NCBI RefSeq assembly: GCF_036971445.1
Contig: NC_091473.1
Span: 206,460,001 to 206,524,000 of the forward strand
Length of the DNA stretch: 64,000 nucleotides
Direction of reading: 5' to 3'
From: Narcine bancroftii
Taxonomy: Eukaryota
In this document: positions 22,536 through 34,058 of the stretch, one piece after another
Layout: each line of letters starts with the position of its first letter
Numbering within the stretch: the stretch's first letter is position 1
Program-made: the position numbers and the translations under genes
Notes under the pieces: generated by a model
The model's input: only the letters and a program-made list of their open reading frames with translations
What the model was told of the DNA's origin: nothing
Database searches by the model: none

Positions 22536-25194
22536 GGTGGTTTCCCATCTGTCCTATCGAGAATTTAAAGATTCACTAATGTATCTGGAGGTGATGGACC
22601 AGGTTAGGGAAATATGGACCCTCCCAGAATTGTTCACAATTGCGATTGTTACGAGGATCTTAAAGATGGGGAAGTATCCGTTTTTATATTCTTCTTATAG
22701 ACCAATTACCATGCTGAATAATTATTATAAGATTCTTTCCAAGCCCCTGGCAAACAGATTTACGTTGCATTTACCGAAATCTATACACAAAGACCAGGAA
22801 GATTTTGTGCAGGGGAGACAAACGGTGGATAATATTGGCAGACATTTTCCTTTAATACATCTGGTACATATCAGAAATGAGAAGGGATTGGCCGTTTCTT
22901 TGGATGCAGAGAAGGCGTTTGATAGATTGGAGTGGGAATTCTTATTTAAAGTGCTTAACAAGGTGGGGTTATGGTCAATTTTTCTAAATTGGATTAGGAC
23001 GCTCTATCATGCAGCCATAGAAAATGATTATGACCAATGGACAAATCTCTTCAGCTTTCCCACTTACTAGATCTAGAAGACAAGGGTTCCCGCTGTCACC
23101 AGCTCTCTTTGTGCTAGTGATGGAACCACTGGGTGAGGCCATTCGCCAGGATTCAGATATTACAATTTATCGAGTGGGCCAGGAGGAGCACAAAATAAAT
23201 TTATTTGCTGATGACATGCTGGTGCACCTGACAGATTCTGCGACTTCTCTGCTTTAACTGCACGTGTTATTGGAGGCCTATGGGAAACTTTCCATGTATA
23301 AAATCAATTGGGGAAAATGTGAGGTGATGTCACTCACCAAGAAGGATTATATCCATCTTAAAGAAAATTGTAATTTAAAGTGGCCGAAGGGGGGGATCAG
23401 ATACCTATGAGTTAATTTTGAAGGAAACCTGAAAAATTTACACATGTTAAATTACGCCCACGTGATGGAGAGAGTCGTGGAGGATTTAAATAGGCCGATG
23501 TCCCTGCGCATAACATTAGTGGGAAGGATTAACTGTATTAAAATGAATGTGCTGCCAAGACTCCAGTATATTTTCCAGCCAATTCCTGTGTCATTACCCC
23601 ATGGTTTCTTCAAACAGCTGATACACAAGGCCATAATATTTCTCTGGAATGGTAAAGTGGCAAGCGTCTGTATGGTAAAATTTATATGGAAATTCAGTGT
23701 AGGCGGATTGAGTATGCCAGACTTTAAAACATATTACTCGGCAGCCCATTTGAGATACATCACTTCCAGAGTGGAGGTGTATTATCCTGGGCACAAAGTG
23801 ACCTGCACCTGCACGGCAAGAGGATGGCAGAGGTCGTTATTTATAACGTGACGCGAAATTGCTGTCATGAAAGAAGGGCAGCCCCACATAATAATAAAAA
23901 AAAACAAGTGACTAATATCTGGCACCAAATTAACCAATATTTGAACATCAAAGTGGGACTGTCCCCAAAAACGCCCCTGACTCCTAATAAATTAATGTCA
24001 TTTATGGTAAGACCCTGGACACCTGGCACCGTAATGGCGTAGAGGACTGTTAAGAGCATGGACAACTAATGTTATTTCAACAACTCAAAAATAAATAAGA
24101 TTCGTCAAATAAGATATTCCACTGCTACGTTCTTTTTTACCGGACATACTGGGTCCAGGTATGGCCCTACATCGGTGCAGTTCCATAGAGACTATGATTT
24201 GAATGGGAGAGTGAAAAGAAATTCATTTCTGAAATGTATTTCCTGCTCCAGTCGGATGGACCCAAACTGGACCTCCATAGATCGAGAGAAAGATGGGAGA
24301 TGGACTTGGGTGTTGTAATTGATGAGGAATGCTGGTCGATTTTTTTTCGGGACAGCATGACCACGATCATCAATGCAAGGTACAGGGTGGTGCAATCTAA
24401 TTTGTTGCACCAGCTGTACCTAACGTCGCAGAATATAAACAGGTCAAAACCTGAACACTCAGACCAATGATTCAGATGTGGCATGGTGACTGGAACGTTC
24501 ATGCATACATCCTGCTCATGTACAAATGTGTGACCCTTTTGGGAAGAACTAGGCCACGTCCTAGAGAAAATCACAGGTAAACATTTCCCGCAGGTCCCAG
24601 GGTTGTTCCTGTTGATACATCATGCACATAAGACTTACAATAAAGCTGTCCAAATTTCAAGTACAATTTGTGTTAATCGCATTAGCAGTGACCATGAAAT
24701 GCCTTGTGGAAACATGGAAGTCCTACTCTAGTCTTATTATGGAATGATGGAACCATTAAATGCAGTGCTGCGTTCCCCTGGAGAATATAACATGACCTGA
24801 GAAACAGGATCTGGCAGCAGTACATGTGCTACATGGGCACTTGGCGGTGATTGGTTTCCCCGCTTTATGCTGTAGTTTCCTCTCCCTCGCACTGATCCTG
24901 ATTAAAGGAAGGTGACGAATGAATATCTGTCTGGATGCCGCCCATTGAGTTGCGACAATCCCTGCCCCTTGTTTATTATTTATTTTCCTAGTGTTAAAGT
25001 TGTGTTGTTGTTGGTTGACGTTTGAATGATTGGTCTTGCTTTATACGTTGGGGAGGGGGCTGGTAGAGACACGGACTTATATAAGTCATAAAGAGAATGA
25101 ATATATGTATATTGGAATGTGAACTGCCATTTTATATGGCTGTACAACTTTGTGTGAAAATATAAATGCATATTTTTAGTTATAGGAGTGAAAT

Positions 25195-25333
25195 NNNNNN
25201 NNNNNNNNNNNNNNNNNNNNNNNNNNNNNNNNNNNNNNNNNNNNNNNNNNNNNNNNNNNNNNNNNNNNNNNNNNNNNNNNNNNNNNNNNNNNNNNNNNNN
25301 NNNNNNNNNNNNNNNNNNNNNNNNNNNNNNNNN
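25195..25333. other. Assembly gap
   Basis: N run. Confidence 1.
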
Positions 25334-25659
25334 CTGATTTTCCATCCATCCATCAGTACGTGTTATTTCAGTTTATTGATTAAACTTCCTGAAAGACTGA
25401 AATACAGGTTTTTCAAATAACAGGCAAATGATTCTGTTAAAAAGACGGTGCCATTTTCAAACAGACTCTTGCGGATCTCTGGAACAACCTGCTGGAGGAG
25501 GCTCTGGAGGCACACAGGAATTGCACGTTTGTCATCCATCGTTTGTCGATATAAAACACCTAGAATGGCGAGAGCATGAAAAGGGGATCAGCAATTACTT
25601 CTCGATATGCCCATGGCTATGCTATATCATTCTATGACTGATAATATTATGATTTTTAG

Positions 25660-25890
25660 ACATAGAGCACAGCTACAGGCCATTTCGTCCCACGATCCCA
25701 TGCCACCCAATTTACACCCAATTAACCGAAACACCCTGTACGTTACGAACAGTATGATGAAACAATAGCTCCAAGAGAAAACTCACACAGATATGGGGAG
25801 AATTTAAAACTCCTTATAGGCAGCGTGGGCTTCCAATTCCGTCCCATTCGCTGGAGTTGTCACAGCATTGGGCTATCCGTTATTCCAACC
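25660..25890 (-). mobile_element. Probable tRNA-derived SINE with LINE-like tail; related decayed copies at ~26030-26330 (+) and ~31250-31370 (-)
   Basis: CATAGAGCACAGCTACAGGCCATTTCG tail like the CR1 3' ends in this window; tRNA-like head; shared with 31258-31370. Confidence 0.5.
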
Positions 25891-26789
25891 ATATTGAGGT
25901 TATCTGAGGACTGGTGATATAAACGTGCAATGCCTCCACCAGAGCCAAAGAGATTATCATGGCTTCCTGAAAGCATGAAAACTAAAAGAAAAGCATGTCC
26001 TATAGATACTGAACATCTTAAAAATAATGGTTAGAGTAACAGTTAGCGCAGCATCATTACATCGCCAGCAACCAGGGTATGATTTCCTCCTAATGTGCAA
26101 TAACTAGAAGTGTCACAGTGAAAAGCAGTTTCAAGGTTAGCACAGTGGTAACAGCGCTATGAATTTGGCTCCAAATCAGTGCTATCTCTGAGGAATTTCG
26201 TCTGGTTACCTCGTGACCTGTTGCATATTTCATCGGGTGCTCCAGTTCCTTCCCGCCTTCAAAATCGTTACATTGGCTGAAATTGGGCGACGCACATTTT
26301 TATGGCTTTATACAGTTAGGATCTGTAAACATTGAAAGTAGAATTTGAATCTCTGTAGTCAGAAAATATCCTTTGAAAAATTTGAACATTTCAAAAATAT
26401 ATCGCAGAATATTTTTGCAAATCAGCCCGAGTGTACTAATCGTGTGATTTCACATCAAAGGCTGCATTTGCTCGATTCATTATTTATCTGATTTCAATAC
26501 TGATAGCTTAGGATTCCACCCTATATGACGTATCCTACTCCAGTAGTACCCTTTTTCTCTTGCCTCTATCGCCGTTCGTCACGGACTTATCAATCAAATG
26601 TCCCTTACATTCCCCATTTATCCCTCATCTTCCCCCCTCTCTGCTTCACAAATCCCGTCTATAACCATTTAAACCTTTTCTCAATATACAGGCTATCTGC
26701 CCTCTGAATTGGAAGGTTCTGACGGGGGAAACGTGAATAGAATTTTTTCTTCCACTGTTGACTCATGTACAGAGCAGTTTCTGCAAACG

Positions 26790-27770
26790 ATAAGAACAGA
26801 AGAACAAAGGAAATAGGATTGGGAGTAGGCCATTCAGCTCGTTGTACCAGCTCCACCATTCGAATTGATCATAGCTGATATGATGTCGGCTCATCTTCAC
26901 CTACCTGCCTTTTCCCAATTTACCTTAATTCCTTAACTCTGTATACATCTATCCAACCATGTCTTAAATATATTTACTGAACTCACCTCAACTGCTTCAA
27001 TGAGTATAGAATTCCACTGATTCAGCACCCTCTGGAAAATCCTCATTTCTGTCCTAAATATACTGCCCTGAATATTGAGTCGGTATTGAGTTTCGGTATT
27101 CTCAATCAATGGAAATAACGTAAATAACTCTGTCTATGCGTTTCACAATTTTACATGTTTATGTAAGATACACTTTCATTCTTCTAAATTCAAGTGAATC
27201 CTGTCCCAAACAATTTAATTTCTCTTCATAGGCCAACCGCTTCATCCCTGGAATCTACGTAGTAACCTTCCCTACATTACATCCAAAGAAAATCCATGCT
27301 TCCTTAAATAAGGAGACAAAAGATGCACTAAGTATTCGAAATGCAGTCTCACCATTACCTCTCATAGTTTCAGCATGCTCTCCATGCTCCAAATTCAATC
27401 TCTCCAGCAATTAAAGCCAACATTCCATTTACGTTTTTGATTGCCTGCTGCACATGCAAATCCACCTTTTTTGATTCATGCACAAATATCCCCCATTCAT
27501 TTTGCACGTAAGCATGCTGCCATCTTGACATTTACATACCATTCTGGTCTTATATTTTTCCTTCCAAAGTGAATAGGCTCACTTTTCCAAACATTGTACT
27601 TAATCTGTCAGACCCTTGGCCACTGAAGTAACCCATCTATGTCTCTTGGCAGATTATCCACATGCTCGGCACAATTTGGCTTTCAACTCAATGTAGTGCC
27701 ATCAGAACATTAAGAAATGCTATACTTTGCCACTTCTTCCAGATCGTTTATATATACTACGAACAGTTGC
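26790..27770 (-). mobile_element. CR1-type LINE 3' fragment
   Basis: 3' tail AGGAATAGGA..GTAGGCCATTCAGCTC and RT C-terminal remnants (RLHFEYL, GTTLS) on minus. Confidence 0.7.
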
Positions 27771-28904
27771 GGAACAGTTATTTTTCTTTTGTTTAAGGTT
27801 TCTTGTACCACTCACCCCAAATGCCGTGACAACGAAGGGAGAGGTGGATAGGTTTTGTCAGGCATGGATTGTTTTGGGATGTTTTATCTGTAATAAAATT
27901 GTTTATTGGAATCAAGGAGAGCAGCATACTCAACTAAAATAACTCACCAATCCACCAATTAATAGTCACAATCATGAAGGCTAAATGGATGAATTTGGCA
28001 ACACTCCCGCAAAATTTGTGTGTGCACCCATCGTCGGGCAGCGATTTAAAAATTGTCCTGACAATCGCCAATATTTTATATTCACCCCCATGAAGTCTCG
28101 AACCGGCCCAGATTCTACCATACACCTACACATCTGTGGCAATACCACTTTCAGATAATGTTGGCCACATCGAAATGAAAGGAAACTCCGCATTTGCTGT
28201 GATAGTGCGTGCACTTCTGAGAGAGGACCTGATGCCAAGATTAAAACTGTGCATCTGACGATGAGAGCCTGCATCTTTCTGATCTTCGCTGTATTGCTTC
28301 ACATCTTCAGCGGTTCTTTGATAAATTAATATTTACCGATGTTCAATTTTCAAATTGTCTATCTAATATTATCACAAAATTTTGACACTGCCACTCTCTA
28401 AATCTGACTGAACGCCAGGTATCACCGAAATGTAAGAATAGTTGATACCATCAGAAAAGCTGTGACCACAGACTCTCCCTTTGCATTTAGATGCTAACCA
28501 CAAAGACTTAGATCTGGCCCAGATATTTTTTCCAGTTATTGCAACAGACATTCTGCGACTGTGTTCCTGTGAATTAAATCTAGGTCATGAAATATTCAGT
28601 TTGTTCTGTTATTGGGAACGTTAACTTGAAGGGAAAGATGGCTTGAAGCAGAAATCATACAAGATAGAATACTATGTTTCCTGGTTTTCATTCCAAAGGG
28701 ATGGCGCTAAGAAGAAATACAGGCTTCTGGATGAAATATAGGTTTCGCGTGAGTGCGAACGGATCTCCAACGCGTTCCACAAATGTGCAGAGACCAGTTC
28801 TGTGTAAAATCCCAAAGGTTTTCAAATGCAAACATAAAGGCCAAATGAAATTATCTTGTTCAACCTTCACGGACGGTGCAGTGGATGTCTGGACGGGTGT
28901 GAAT

Positions 28905-29500
28905 TAGCATAGAACATTGCGGCAGAGTAGGGGCCCTTCGACCCACAATGTTGTACTTACCAGTAGAGATATACTCTGCGATCATTCTAACCCTTGCGTT
29001 GTTCATAGCCTATTTTGTGTCCATCCACGTGCCTTTCTGTGTATCTCATAAATTTCTCCGTCATATCACATTCAACCACCCATCCTCCGCAGTGTTTCCG
29101 TATGTAAAATATTTATGAAATCTCCCATAAGTTGCACCACTGATCCAAAACGGATATTCTCTCTATTTGGTCATTTCCTTCTAGCTATCCACATTCTCCA
29201 TGTCTCTTGTAATTAAATGCACATCTATTAAATCTCCTCTCATTGTCCAATGCTCCAATGAGAAAGCCCTGGATGGCTGAACCCCTCTTGATAAGTCATG
29301 TCTTCTACTCCAGGCACAATCCTGTTAAATCTAATTTGAACTGTATCTACATGCGTCCTACAACGAGGATATCAAAACTACGCACAGTACTCTGTGTTTC
29401 TAATATGATTTACCGAAGCTAAGGTACATTGGCGTTCTTGAACTCAATCACCCGACTAATCTAATTAAGCGAAATATCTTAATAAACAACTCATGAACTG
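28905..29500 (-). mobile_element. CR1-type LINE 3' fragment
   Basis: CATAGAACA..GGCCCTTCGACCCACAATGTTGT tail and EYCA.FW.P-like remnant on minus. Confidence 0.65.
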
Positions 29501-30082
29501 GCGTAGAACCTTTCTGAAATTCAAGGACGGAGTTATAGAATGCTCAGTCGCTGCAGGCTGAAAAACATATTGTCATTAATAGGACGGAATAAGCTAAAGC
29601 CCACGGCTAGGAGTAGAATAGAACAGGGGAAACAAGAGAAAAGGTATGCGGGTTACTAGTGGAAATGAAAATGCAAAAGATGGTAATTGATGTGAAATTA
29701 ATGACGTAATTATGAAGGTGGTGTTTTGAAAGCATAAGATTGCTTATAGGTAAGATGATATATAAAAGATAGTTAAAAAGTTGTAACTTCTCAGAGGTTA
29801 GCGTAACCTCCGAAAAAAGTGATGAAAACGTGCTGTGCCAGAGGATTCCATCAAATGCATGCTGCAAGGATGGAGACATCATGAAAACGATGGCAAGTGT
29901 GCATCAGAAAAAAAAAAATAGTCTTGCATATTTTATTTTTAGCATCATGTTTACAAGGTGAAACGACAACTCAGAATTTTTTTTAAAAAGTAAAAGGATG
30001 AGGAGCAGTGGAGAGAGAGAGAAAGGGAAAGAGAAATCAAGGTACAGTGGCTTTCGCACAATGCCATATGCAATGCGTGAGA

Positions 30083-30157
30083 TGTGTGTGAGATAGAGAG
30101 ATGTTTTGTGTGTGTGTGTGTGCGTGTGTCTGTGTGTGTGAGAGAGAGAGAGAGAGT
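30083..30157. repeat. (GT)n/(GA)n microsatellite
   Basis: Visible dinucleotide runs. Confidence 0.9.
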
Positions 30158-30492
30158 GGGGTGTTTACGTTTTCACTTTATGCCAGAGTTTCTTCCATGT
30201 ATTCCATTTTCCCATACCTTACTCACATACTTCCTGATAAATTTGGGCATTCCGTTAATTGTCAGTTATGAATTGGCCCTTGCGTGCCAATGAAATATGC
30301 GGCGGCAGAATTTAATGGCGGCAGAGCAAAAGTGGTATTCTGGTAGAAATAGTATAACCTGGTGGTTTGTGCTTGGTTCAGATGAAATTGCTGAAATTAC
30401 CTGTTTACGTTCCATAACTTTTAATGACCATATCAGTATGCCTCCACACCGTGGTCAGTATTATTTAATGTCATCATGAAAAGAAACATTGA

Positions 30493-30531
30493 TATTATTG
30501 TACAGCCTTATGACTGCTGTGCATGACTGTG
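30493..30531 (-). promoter_or_regulatory. 23-RSS of supporting TCRdelta V
   Basis: Heptamer CACAGTC, 23-nt spacer, nonamer ACAATAATA. Confidence 0.85.
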
Positions 30532-30843
30532 TGGCGCGAGGTACCATCGCACAGTAAAACACAGCCGAGTCGTTCAATTGCGGTTTTGAGATAACCAGTG
30601 ATATCATTTTCTCCGAAGGACTATTAACGGCAAACATTCTTCCTGTGGGAACTTCCTCCTTACGCTCCTGTCTTGATGTTTCAATCTGAAGTAGGTATGT
30701 CAGAGATTGTCCTGGAGAGCCTCTGAACCAGAAAACCGTGTTGTGACAGTACCCTGAATATTTACACTTTAAATTGACGCTGTAACGTGCTTGAGACGAT
30801 TGTACAACCGGATATTGTAGCACGTCGATTTTCTTTTCGATAT
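30532..30843 (-). CDS. Leaderless supporting TCRdelta V segment of NAR-TCR
   Basis: Acceptor CCTACAG at 30845-30844; open exon (D)IEKKIDVLQYP..LKCKYSGYCHNTVFWFR..DSAVFYCAM; extra CDR1 Cys; no leader exon found; phase matches the J donor. Confidence 0.88.
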
Positions 30844-32281
30844 CTGTAGGATAAACGTGGACTAAAATCATTTAATGTGTATCGGAGGAAGATCACAACT
30901 ATTTCCCATTAGTGCCTTCGGGAAAATGGCTTTTTTTTTGTTCATGTGTGCTTGATCATACTCGATACGATGCAAATATTTGAATGTCTAATTCTTATTT
31001 CCAGAGAGTGGGAAATGAGGGGAGGAATTGAATTGGATTGTATATGTGCATTGTCTTCCAGAATATTGTATAACACATCCAGATAAGTATATTCATACTC
31101 AAGCAGAATACTCTAATGTGTATTTCTACAAATCTCACCCATCGGTTCCGCATACATGTCGTTTAATTAAATGACAGAAGTGATATTCGCTTTTATTTTT
31201 AGGAGCAGGTTACACTTTATGGTTAGTTTCTAAGTTAAATTTAGATTTAATATTTACACATAGAGCAAAGTAACAGGCAACAATCCACGCAGGGATGGAT
31301 TGCGCAGGATTTGACTCCTCTTCCCGATCATTTGCTCAAGAACAGAGATGTGCTCGTCGCTACACTAACTGTCCCGTCCCGTACGTCATCTGTATCGCCA
31401 AAGTCTTTGGAAAACATGTTTCTCTAATATTCTAAATGCAATCGAAGTAAAAAATGAAATACAAAATATCAAATTTTCACTTGATTCATAAATATGTCAT
31501 GTCAAAAAGGCAGGTGGGATAAATGAAAATTACAATGCAAATAATATGGATATCCAAATCCACCAGAGGTTCTAACAAACCTTCCATTAAATATTTCAAT
31601 GTTAGGCAAAAAGAAGTAGAAATGGCTCAGGTTTCAAGCTCTTCCCATATTCGAGCAGAAGCCTCAGGACCAACGCCTCTAAATTCAAGAAGAGTTTCTT
31701 TCTAACATCTATCATGTCCTTGAATTTCATATCGTTACATTGTTACACTACTCAGAGAATCCCTGCACTATCGATAACTTTCGTTGAATATTGAATAGTT
31801 ATCATCTCTCATTTAAAAATAAAATTATTGTCTCCTATTGATAATCTGAGTACAGTATTATGGGATTGTTTTGTCTTTATTATTTTAAAGTACCCGTTCA
31901 GCTGCAGCAAGGAAGAATCGTGATACATATATACACGGTGGAATGGATATGAACGTTGACCAATAATCGTTAACAAATCCTCAATTGTATTCTAAGTGAT
32001 CAAAACTAATGAAATACAAGCTAGGGCATCCTAATAACTAATTTTACCTATAGCCCCTCAATCCCTTTCAGTACAATTCTGTGCAGTTGAAGAAATGCCT
32101 CACCCTCAGAGATGTACAATCTTATTTTATATTTCCGATTGTATGCAACCCGACTACTTGAGTTTCCAATCGTGCACTAAACAAGTGCACTAAACAAGTG
32201 ACAAGTCTCTCACACCTGTGGTCTGAGAAATAAGTTATGGTGATCATTAACAATGAACATAACGATGTTCAGGAGACTTAC

Positions 32282-32345
32282 CAGATGTCACTGTTACCGC
32301 CGTACCTGATCCATCAACAAATTGTGCCCACTCTCCCCAGGCATA
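32282..32345 (-). CDS. NAR-TCR J segment (YAWGEWAQFVDGSGTAVTVTS)
   Basis: GxGT..TV J motif, phase-1 donor G|GTAAGT at 32281, upstream RSS. Confidence 0.85.
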
Positions 32346-32374
32346 CACATCATTTGAAATTCGTGAAAGAAACC
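32346..32374 (-). promoter_or_regulatory. 12-type RSS of J (13-nt spacer)
   Basis: Read away from the J: CACATCA, 13 nt, AAAGAAACC. Confidence 0.65.
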
Positions 32375-32688
32375 TGCTGTGCCTTTATGGATATCTATTC
32401 AAACAGATTTCAATCTGGTGCCCGTTTCAAGATATTGGCACATAATTTTGTCTCCACCGGGACATAGTGAAACACGAACATTCATTCAAAAATGGGAATT
32501 TTTATTTCTATTCTTGACGAGACCGATACATCAGTTCAACAAGATTTCTCGTCATATTCATGATGTGAACTGCAAAATACTCATCGCAATATAAAAACAA
32601 CTGAGGCTGAGTGGCAGAAAGATCGCACACTGACTGAATCGGTGGATTTCCTGCAAGTGGGACTGTTTGTTGCGATTGATAACACTGA

Positions 32689-32727
32689 AATTATCCGCTT
32701 CTCGCAATGACTAAATACAGCACCGTG
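32689..32727 (-). promoter_or_regulatory. RSS of NAR-TCR V; good heptamer, degenerate nonamer
   Basis: CACGGTG at 32727-32721; at 22-23 nt spacing only GCGGATAAT/CGGATAATT. Confidence 0.55.
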
Positions 32728-33017
32728 TGTGTTCCACTCCCTGTACTGAGCCTTACAGTAATAGCTGGCGCTGTCGTCTGTTGTCAAATGTAAAAGTTGG
32801 ATCGTAAATGTATTTTCTGTCTCATTAGTGGACACGACAGTTCGTCCTACAGCGAACAAGACATCGACGTTTGCATTGATTTTCCTGAAGAGATGCCAAC
32901 GTTCCAATTTATATCCAACCGTATTATCATCGGAGAAGCGACAGGTGATACTGACAGACTGACACTCCATCCGGGATACTACTAGTGGGGTTTGAAGAAC
33001 CCGTTGACCGATAATGC
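32728..33017 (-). CDS. NAR-TCR (IgNAR-like) V exon
   Basis: QRVLQTP..ECQSVSITC..DDSASYYCKAQY; 61 residues between canonical Cys versus 70-71 in the other two Vs (CDR2 deletion); extra FR1 Cys; acceptor TTTCAG at 33019-33018. Confidence 0.88.
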
Positions 33018-33177
33018 CTGAAATTTAAGAATTAAAGGGATGGTTTATTCAGAGAATTTAATTACAAAGCTTGGAATAATACGATGCTTAAACCACGAAA
33101 CTACTCATGATTCGGAAAGATATCCGATGATTTTGAGAATAATAGAAAAGGTATTTTTGAGATTGAGTCGCACTCAC

Positions 33178-33256
33178 AGTATAAAGGGGAAAACAAAGAG
33201 AAAGCAAGGATTGGAATCAGTCTGCTGCAGTGCGTAGATCGGCAATTCAATGGCAT
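33178..33256 (-). CDS. Leader exon of NAR-TCR V
   Basis: MPLNCRSTHCSRLIPILAFSLFSPLY + phase-1 donor GTGAGT, splices in frame to the V exon; exact start codon uncertain. Confidence 0.7.
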
Positions 33257-33918
33257 GTTGCATACTTCAGGTCTAGTCAATGATGTGACACTCGCGCTTG
33301 AATCCCTTGGAGGCACCTTAGCATGCCCTCTACGTAGTCTTCCGTTGTTTACCGAACGCCCTCGTGTTTCGTGAGTCTTCGGCGATGAGTTATACGAGTA
33401 TGAATCTACTTTTAACCGAGACAAGGCTTTGTTTTAAATCCGCAAACTCTCTCCGTCGCGTGAGCCCAGTCCACAATGCTGCTGGCAAACTGGAAATGCG
33501 CCTTCGTCGGCAGAGTCTGCCGTCTCATCATGCTGTGGTAGAGATATGTGTAGAATATTTTGTTCCAACTGTATATCCACTGTCCTCTTGAGGACATCTG
33601 AACACTAACTATGGTTGTATCAGGAATTCTACACGATTCACTCTTCCTTCCGTTAATAATCAATTCACTTATAGATAAATTGAGAATCAAGAATTTGGTC
33701 CGATCTGCACCAATCTGAAAGGTGTCCACAATTAATCAAGCTGTTTAAAACGATTTAACCCTTCAGATTCATAATATAGAAAATCCGTTGTAATTAGAGG
33801 ATTGGTTCTTTTACTGATATTTCCGGATATTGCATATTATGAGGAAATCTTCCGTGTAAAATTATAGCACAGAATTAATAATTTGACAAGTTAGTATGAC
33901 AGCGTGGCAATTCTGAGC

Positions 33919-34058
33919 NNNNNNNNNNNNNNNNNNNNNNNNNNNNNNNNNNNNNNNNNNNNNNNNNNNNNNNNNNNNNNNNNNNNNNNNNNNNNNNNNN
34001 NNNNNNNNNNNNNNNNNNNNNNNNNNNNNNNNNNNNNNNNNNNNNNNNNNNNNNNNNN
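33919..34058. other. Assembly gap
   Basis: N run. Confidence 1.

Larger units (their letters stand above)
10226..25194 (+). mobile_element. Decayed L1-clade LINE (ORF1 end, endonuclease, RT, C-terminus) interrupted by provirus 11734-18690 and L1 block 19432-22535
   Basis: Endonuclease LNVNGLN at ~11137 and VNVYAPN; resumes at 18696; breaks at DGLPPEF (19431) and resumes YREFKD (22554); SLDAEKAFD, RQGFPLSP, LFADD motifs. Confidence 0.85.

Noticed and set aside
24980-25420. ORFs with long X runs here and at 33862-34122, 45841-46218, 60138-60472
   Set aside because: Artefacts of translating through N gaps.
28261-28312. Plus-strand leader-like exon MRACIFLIFAVLLHIFS(G)
   Set aside because: Weak donor (GTTCTT), no V exon or RSS found downstream, and opposite strand to the real segments; at most an orphan relic.
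32172-32205. Short tandem repeat GTGCACTAAACAA x2
   Set aside because: Simple local duplication; no spacers, not an array.
32440-32495. Candidate D segment around CATAGTG
   Set aside because: Heptamer lacks the invariant CAC, nonamer is at the wrong spacing and no second RSS is present.
33424-33715. Possible V pseudogene: acceptor plus CACGCGA-23-ACAAAGCCT on minus
   Set aside because: Heptamer matches only 3/7, and no WYR or YYC motif in any frame.
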